Source of the DNA: Promethearchaeota archaeon
GTDB taxonomy: Archaea > Asgardarchaeota > Lokiarchaeia > Sigyniarchaeales > SOKP01
DNA length: 35,123 nucleotides
Assembly (NCBI GenBank): GCA_016839745.1
Contig: JAEOTS010000037.1
Coordinates: 1-35,123 of the forward strand
Reading direction: 5' to 3'
Part shown: piece after piece, positions 29,253 through 35,123 of the stretch
How positions within the stretch are numbered: position 1 is the stretch's first letter
Layout: each line of letters begins with the position of its first letter
Translations under genes and position numbers: made by a program
Notes under the pieces: model-generated
Told to the model about the DNA's origin: nothing
What the model saw: only the letters and a program-made list of their open reading frames with translations
Database searches by the model: none

Positions 29253-29810
29253 TTATTTACCGCCAAATTCCGATACATCGCCAAATAAACGCTTTACTGC
29301 GTCTATTCTGGTTTCTTCGCCAATCTGTTCGACATTTTTCAAACTGATGGCTTCTTTTGGACAAACAGCAATGCATTGAGGTTCGGTTTTACCTACTTCT
29401 GGATCAATATAATCCTCTTTCATATTATCACAGAGATCACATATAAGAGCTTTCTGAGAGTCAATGTTTAAATTGATAACCCCAAAATCGCAAGCTCTGA
29501 TACAATACGCGCATCCATTGCATTTTTCATCGTCTACAATTATAGAACCTGTTTCTTCATTTTTACTCAAAGCTTTTTCCGGACAGCTACGAATACATGG
29601 CGCATCCTCACATTTCTGGCACGCTAAAGCAATGTTGAAAACTGGTTCAATTCGCACTCTGTGGATTCGAGTATTAATAGGATTAAATTCACCATCGTGG
29701 ACAAAAGAGCAGACGGACTCGCATGTTTCGCAACCTGTACACAAATCAGGGTCAACTATTATAAACTGATGCATTTTTCCTCCGCGTTTCTTCATGGAAG
29801 ATCTTGACAT
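29253..29810 (-). CDS. 4Fe-4S dicluster electron-transfer subunit of AOR (DmsB/HydN-like)
   Basis: CTGCETCESVC, CQKCEDAPCIRSCP, CNGCAYCIRAC and CDLC...PQCIAVCP; 1 bp after the aor stop. Alternative start ATG 29774 with GGAGG RBS. Confidence 0.9.
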   Translation of the reverse strand: MSRSSMKKRGGKMHQFIIVDPDLCTGCETCESVCSFVHDGEFNPINTRIHRVRIEPVFNIALACQKCEDAPCIRSCPEKALSKNEETGSIIVDDEKCNGCAYCIRACDFGVINLNIDSQKALICDLCDNMKEDYIDPEVGKTEPQCIAVCPKEAISLKNVEQIGEETRIDAVKRLFGDVSEFGGK

Positions 29811-29811
29811 A

Positions 29812-31737
29812 TTACTTCTTACCTCCCGCTGGTTTCAATTTTCCAATAACGAAGTCTAAGCCTAAGCTCTTAAGAGTTTCATTCGTAGGAATTCCCGTCT
29901 CAGTGTCCCAACCTCGGGCTTCATAGTATCCACTTAATAACTTCTGATATCCATCTTCCTTTAAAACGACACCTTTAGCAGGACCTTTAGTGTGGGCATC
30001 TTTAAAGAACTTTTCTGGAGGATGATCGTCTGCTCGAGTCCAACCTTCTCGAATATTGAAACACTTGGAAAGGTTAAGAATCGCATCCCCTCGAACCAAC
30101 AATGATTCTTCCGTATGAGGTATACCCGTCACTAACTCGTAAACTTTGGCCATCTCTGCGTCGTTCTCGTAGATTCCGCGCGTAAATTTACATATGACAT
30201 AGGAATCAATGATCGCATACACATCTTCAGTCGCCTTGATTTTCTTTCCACGTTCGAGAGGTTTATCGTAACCAAATCTATCAAAAGTACCTTTTGCATC
30301 TAGACCGTACGCACCATTTCGTAGGTGACATGCCCCTCGAATTGAAACGCTTTCACCAACAGCGAATGAAGTCATACCATGGAGGTCAAATGCTGGCATT
30401 TCGAGCCCTTTAATATGCATTCCATAATAACTTGCATTTTTTCTGCCCATTTCTTCTAGTCTTATTCCAGCTTGTTTACATCCGTCTTTAAAAATCTTTC
30501 CAGCAAAACCTTTTCCTAAGATCATTTCTTCTGTAAATCGAGATAGATTTGTGGTAGAACCAAAAGGTAGTTCATATCCAAGATCTTTCTTCGTTATGAG
30601 TCCAACATCGTATAACTCACAAGCCATTGAGGCGGTTACACCACCGGAAATCGCGTCAATTCCTAAGTCATCGCATAACGATACGCATTTAAAGACAGTT
30701 GGCCAATCGCTACAGCCTGTGTTCGTTCCAAAGGAATAACACATTTCCACATCTATAGAAGCAACTAAATTAGGATATTCTGGGTGAGTTTTTGGTACTC
30801 TCGCTAGATGATCGCAAGCGATTGAACATTGTGAGCAAGCAACTTTTTTAACAACCCAATCTTCGTTTAATTGATCGCCATTAAAGGCTCCTTTGTCAAT
30901 CTCGTCCCACGTACCTTCGCGGTAGTTCATGGTAGGCATCATTCCCAGTTTATTGTAACTAGTCAAACCTGCTGGCGTGCCTAAATCACGATATTTGGCA
31001 GTTGCTGGGCCGTTAGCTACTTTAATTAATTTCTTAGCTTTTTTATAAAATTCCACTGGATAGGCAACTTTTAGTCCTTTTGTGCCCCGAAATGCGATAG
31101 CCTTCAGATTTTTACTTCCCATAACTGCTCCCATTCCAGTACGACCCGCTTGTCTGTTTCTATCGTTAGTAATACAACCCAATCTACTCATTTGTTCTCC
31201 CGCTGGTCCAATGGACATCACAGCTAATCTTTGATCTTGAAATTCTTCTCTAAGTAATTCCTCTGTCTCAAAATTCCCTTTACCCCAAAGAGTTTTTTCA
31301 CACGGTTCTATGTAGTAATCATCGTCGTCTACAACCATGTAAACAGGTTCAGATGCTTTTCCTTTGATAACAATTGCGTTTATTCCAGCTCGTCGCGCTT
31401 GTGCTCCAACTGAACCAGAAGAAATAGCCATACCAAACATATCTGTTAATGGAGACTTAGCGAATACTCCATATTTCGAACTTGTTGGTAAAATTGTAGT
31501 AGGAAAAGGTCCAATAGCCCAAACAAACACGTTATCAGGACCTAAAGGATCGATACCTGGTTTTAATTCGTCCCAAAGAATTTTAGCTCCAAATCCATAC
31601 CCACCGATCCAATCCCGACAGAATTCTCCAGATAAAGTAGATTTTGAAATCTTACCGCTGGTTAAATCAACATCGAGTCTCACTTGAGAGTATCCTTTGA
31701 GATCGTCAGGTATAGTTACATCTTTAGCTTTACTCAT
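29812..31737 (-). CDS. aor: Aldehyde:ferredoxin oxidoreductase family (tungstopterin) enzyme
   Basis: IGGYGFG, AKSPLT, SIGPAGE, AGRTGMGAVMGSKNLKAI, CSQCSIAC, DDLGIDAIS, RGACH and YYEARGWD. Confidence 0.93.
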   Translation of the reverse strand: MSKAKDVTIPDDLKGYSQVRLDVDLTSGKISKSTLSGEFCRDWIGGYGFGAKILWDELKPGIDPLGPDNVFVWAIGPFPTTILPTSSKYGVFAKSPLTDMFGMAISSGSVGAQARRAGINAIVIKGKASEPVYMVVDDDDYYIEPCEKTLWGKGNFETEELLREEFQDQRLAVMSIGPAGEQMSRLGCITNDRNRQAGRTGMGAVMGSKNLKAIAFRGTKGLKVAYPVEFYKKAKKLIKVANGPATAKYRDLGTPAGLTSYNKLGMMPTMNYREGTWDEIDKGAFNGDQLNEDWVVKKVACSQCSIACDHLARVPKTHPEYPNLVASIDVEMCYSFGTNTGCSDWPTVFKCVSLCDDLGIDAISGGVTASMACELYDVGLITKKDLGYELPFGSTTNLSRFTEEMILGKGFAGKIFKDGCKQAGIRLEEMGRKNASYYGMHIKGLEMPAFDLHGMTSFAVGESVSIRGACHLRNGAYGLDAKGTFDRFGYDKPLERGKKIKATEDVYAIIDSYVICKFTRGIYENDAEMAKVYELVTGIPHTEESLLVRGDAILNLSKCFNIREGWTRADDHPPEKFFKDAHTKGPAKGVVLKEDGYQKLLSGYYEARGWDTETGIPTNETLKSLGLDFVIGKLKPAGGKK

Positions 31738-32022
31738 AAAATTTTCACTAAATTCTATTTTTGATTTTTTTTGTATAGAGAGTTAATATTTATTATAGAG
31801 AATTACTATTTATTAGGTTATTTGTTAATTAACACAACCTCTACCCTAACTAAAATTGTAATCCTCAATTCTCCAAAAATGGATTTGTGAATTAAAAAAT
31901 AAAAGATTAGAAAATTACCCAATATCGAAAACACCTTGCAATCTTTTTAATGATAATAAAAGCATATTTAAACTTCATTAAATTATATTTAACAATAGAA
32001 CTAAGACTGTTATGGGATTTAT

Positions 32023-34785
32023 ATGACCGAAACTACGGAAAAAAGTAAAACTGAGAAAAACGACAAAATATTATCCAGTGACATCATTAAAAATGTCATT
32101 GCACACGCGAACTATTGCTATAATTGTAATCGCTGCGTTAATGTATGCCCCGTCTCTTATTTAGATTTGTTTTATCCGAGGAATCTGATTACTGATTTAA
32201 CCTTCTTAACTCCAGAGGAAGCACTACAAAATAATAACATTTGGGACTGTCTAACGTGTGGACTCTGCACAGAATACTGCCCAATGACTAAAGATAAAAC
32301 TGGGGTCAACTTTACAGAGATTATTAAGGAACTTAGAACCTTGACTTCGGAATACGAACCATTACAAGAGACTTTACGTAGTTGTAATCACGATAGAGTG
32401 TATTCTAGTCTACCAAAATTAATGGCAGACGATAAGATAAAAATCACCAATAAACTAGGATTCTTAGAAGGAAATAGTTTAAAAATAAAAACTCAAGGAG
32501 AAATTGCTTACTTTATGGGTTGTGTTCCATTTTTAACTGGAACTGCTCCTTGTGTTGTTGGTTGTCCCGCAGGAGTAGATGTTCAAGGATATGTATCTTT
32601 AATATCAGAAGGAAAGTTTCAAGAATCTATCGATTTAATAAGAGAAATGAATCCCTTACCTTATTTATGTGGTAGAATCTGTACTGCGCAATGTGCACTA
32701 AATTGCAATAGGCAATATCACGATGATCCCGTTGCAATTCGAGAATTAAAACGATTCGTATCGGATTATGAAGCTTCTCATCCAAACAAAAGCAAAATAA
32801 AACCGGTTAAACAAACGAAAGAAAAAGTCGCTATCATTGGTGCAGGACCAGGAGGGTTATCTGCTGCTTATTATCTAGCAAGAATGGGATATAAACCAAC
32901 AATTTTCGAAAAAGGTGATAAAACTGGTGGGGTCGTAAGATACGGAGTTCCCCAATATAGGCTCTCTGACGAAGCGTTAGATCACGATGTCGACTTTATC
33001 AAAAGCATGGGAGTAAAAATAATATTAAACAAAGAGTTTGGTGAGAATTTCACACTTGAAGATCTTAAAAAAGAAGGATTTGAAGCTGTTTTTATTGCGG
33101 TAGGGCTTTATGTGCCAAAAACTTTGAGACTAGAAGGTGAAGATTTACCTAATGTTCATATTGCCATAGATTTTCTCTTAGATCGAAAGTATAATTGTGC
33201 AGAAAACCCGGAAGAATTCAAGGGTAAAACTTTTGGAATTATCGGTGGAGGAGCAGTTGCTGTAGATGTTGGTGAAACCGCTGTTAGATTGGGTGCTACA
33301 AAAGTCGATTTTGTAGACATACTAACTGAGGAAGCACTTAAAAATGTGCTTAAAGACCTACATGAAGCTGAGAGAGAAGTTATGGAGTACAATTTTACCA
33401 CCTCGACCAAGAATATTACTCAGGAACCTAACGGAAAGTTAGCGCTAAATTGCTATAAGATTGAGTGGGGAGAACCTGATCCTGAAACTGGAAGAAGACC
33501 CCTAAATAAAGTGGATGGCTCTGATTATAAGATTGTTGTGGATTATGTGGTTACTGCTATTGGGCAGGGACTTGATATGGTTCCTATTAATGCCGCAACT
33601 GATAACAAATTAAAAATTGACAGGGGAAAAATATTAGTTGACGATTTAACTTATGAAACTACGATTCCAGGAGTATTTGCCGGGGGAGATATAATATTTG
33701 ACTCGCTAATGTGTGCTGTTGATGCTATTGGAGATGGGAGAGAAGCCGCATTTTCGATAGATCGCTATTTACGTGGAATTGATTTAAAAGAAGGAAGGAT
33801 TAGAACAAAAGAACTTAAGAGATCTACTATTCCTAAAAAAAATATCCAAGTAAACGCTTGTCAAGAAATGAACTTTATGCCGGGTGAAGAACGTTTAGTT
33901 TGTTTTGAAGAGATGGAATTGGGTTACACGGAAGAACAAGCGAAAAAGGAAGCAAATAGGTGTTTAAATTGTAATTGTTGCAGTAATACTGATCAGATCC
34001 CCGAGGATTATACTGCCGCTCTTGATTCTACTGGAATTATGGTTTGTAATTATGGAAATCAAGATAATATGCGTTCGTACAACGCTATTGATTACCTCAC
34101 CATTCCTAAAAACGTCATCGGGATTTTAAATCAAAATGAAATTGTACCCGTTGTTTTGGCAAACGAGAAGTGCTGTGGACACGATATTATTTGGCAAGGT
34201 GATACAGAATCTTTTGAGAAGTTAGCGAGATATAACGTAAAGTTGTTTAAAGACGCTGGAGTAAAAACGATCGTTTTTAGTTGCCCTGAAGGGTATTACA
34301 CTTGGAACAATGAATATAGAAAAATATTTAAAAATAGCGATGATTTCGATTTTGAACTTTATCACATATCGGAATACATTATGAAAGAGAAACTATTAGA
34401 AGATATATCTTTTCCAAATTTAGGAGAAGTTAAAGTAACTTATCACGATCCTTGTAGACTTGGTCGCATGAGCGATGTTTATGACGCTCCTCGAGAAGTT
34501 TTAAAACAAATCCCTGGTATTAAACTACTTGAAATGAAAAATAATAAGGTTGATGCTGACTGTTGTGGCGTATCTGCCTATATCTCATGCAATCAAAATT
34601 CAAAGCTCTTACAAGAATCGAGGATAAAACAAGCAATAGAAACTGGAGCACAATATCTAATTACAACTTGTCCAAAATGTTTGACGCATTTAAATTGCTA
34701 TCTAAACGAAAATAAAGAGTTTAAAAACAAAATTCAAGTAATTGACTTATTGACATTTATTGGTAAATTGCTCTTTATGCAGTAG
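32023..34785 (+). CDS. HdrC/HdrD-like CCG-domain oxidoreductase with an inserted GltD/NfnB-like FAD/NAD(P)-binding module, 920 aa
   Basis: CYNCNRCVNVCP and CLTCGLCTEYCP; YFMGC; then APCVVGCPAG, CGRICTAQC, IIGAGPGGL, IIGGGAVA, GVFAGGD and RCLNC; then EKCCG, SCPEG, TYHDPCRLGR, DCCG and TTCPKC. Confidence 0.88.
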   Translation: MTETTEKSKTEKNDKILSSDIIKNVIAHANYCYNCNRCVNVCPVSYLDLFYPRNLITDLTFLTPEEALQNNNIWDCLTCGLCTEYCPMTKDKTGVNFTEIIKELRTLTSEYEPLQETLRSCNHDRVYSSLPKLMADDKIKITNKLGFLEGNSLKIKTQGEIAYFMGCVPFLTGTAPCVVGCPAGVDVQGYVSLISEGKFQESIDLIREMNPLPYLCGRICTAQCALNCNRQYHDDPVAIRELKRFVSDYEASHPNKSKIKPVKQTKEKVAIIGAGPGGLSAAYYLARMGYKPTIFEKGDKTGGVVRYGVPQYRLSDEALDHDVDFIKSMGVKIILNKEFGENFTLEDLKKEGFEAVFIAVGLYVPKTLRLEGEDLPNVHIAIDFLLDRKYNCAENPEEFKGKTFGIIGGGAVAVDVGETAVRLGATKVDFVDILTEEALKNVLKDLHEAEREVMEYNFTTSTKNITQEPNGKLALNCYKIEWGEPDPETGRRPLNKVDGSDYKIVVDYVVTAIGQGLDMVPINAATDNKLKIDRGKILVDDLTYETTIPGVFAGGDIIFDSLMCAVDAIGDGREAAFSIDRYLRGIDLKEGRIRTKELKRSTIPKKNIQVNACQEMNFMPGEERLVCFEEMELGYTEEQAKKEANRCLNCNCCSNTDQIPEDYTAALDSTGIMVCNYGNQDNMRSYNAIDYLTIPKNVIGILNQNEIVPVVLANEKCCGHDIIWQGDTESFEKLARYNVKLFKDAGVKTIVFSCPEGYYTWNNEYRKIFKNSDDFDFELYHISEYIMKEKLLEDISFPNLGEVKVTYHDPCRLGRMSDVYDAPREVLKQIPGIKLLEMKNNKVDADCCGVSAYISCNQNSKLLQESRIKQAIETGAQYLITTCPKCLTHLNCYLNENKEFKNKIQVIDLLTFIGKLLFMQ

Positions 34786-34927
34786 TTATAGATCAATTAA
34801 CTATCTTTATTAATTTTTAAAGCCCATTGTTTTCCCCCTAATTATAACAACCTTAAATATTTTTAATCTTTAAATCACTTAGAAAAAGAGAATAACTGAT
34901 TTATTTGAAAAGGAGCCTTGATTAAAT

Positions 34928-35123
34928 TTGCCTTACGAAATTCTTGAAAAAATTGAGCTCGGAAATAGTGGAACAATATTTGAAATGGTAATAAGAACTC
35001 CACTAATAGCTAAAAAAGCTTATGCGGGAAATTTTGTCCTTATTAGGGTTAATGAGACTGGAGAACGAATTCCCCTTACAGTTGCGGATTACGATCGGGA
35101 AAAAGGGACGATAACGCTTGTAA
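34928..35123 (+). CDS. NfnA/SudB-like (sulfide/dihydroorotate dehydrogenase-like FAD/NAD-binding) subunit, 3'-truncated
   Basis: Manual translation from TTG 34928 (AGGAG upstream): MPYEILEKIELGNSGTIFEMVIRTPLIAKKAYAGNFVLIRVNETGERIPLTVADYDREKGTITLV. GERIPLT.AD is characteristic. Not in the ORF track. Confidence 0.88.
   Translation, partial: MPYEILEKIELGNSGTIFEMVIRTPLIAKKAYAGNFVLIRVNETGERIPLTVADYDREKGTITLV

Noticed and set aside
1-35123. Genome-wide UGA reassignment (genetic code 4 or 25)
   Set aside because: TGA terminates the genes ending at 829 and 4225, Trp is encoded by TGG, and the other genes are intact under code 11. In-frame TGAs occur only at Cys sites of two known selenoprotein families.

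Overview
AT-rich archaeal genomic window with about 30 tightly packed metabolic genes and no rRNA, tRNA, CRISPR array or mobile element that I can support. The gene content and a eukaryote-type SECIS point to Asgard archaea (Lokiarchaeia-like); this is an inference. The main feature is missed by the ORF track: a minus-strand operon hdrA - mvhD/vhuD - SECIS - fdhB/frhB-like - polyferredoxin (24472 to 19903). In it, hdrA (653 aa) has three in-frame TGA codons and mvhD (144 aa, absent from the ORF track) has two. All five fall at conserved Fe-S cysteine positions, so they are best read as selenocysteine. One eukaryote-like SECIS hairpin (AUGA...AAA...UGA) lies directly after the mvhD stop and is the only SECIS candidate I found for both cistrons. 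Other notable items: a 920-aa HdrC/HdrD protein with a GltD/NfnB-like flavoprotein inserted inside its first CCG domain and followed by an NfnA/SudB-like gene; a corrinoid protein next to an MtaA/UroD-SCP2 fusion; an AOR with its Fe-S subunit; a class I (bacterial/eukaryotic-type) GAPDH; and a HerA-like ATPase with a coiled-coil tail.
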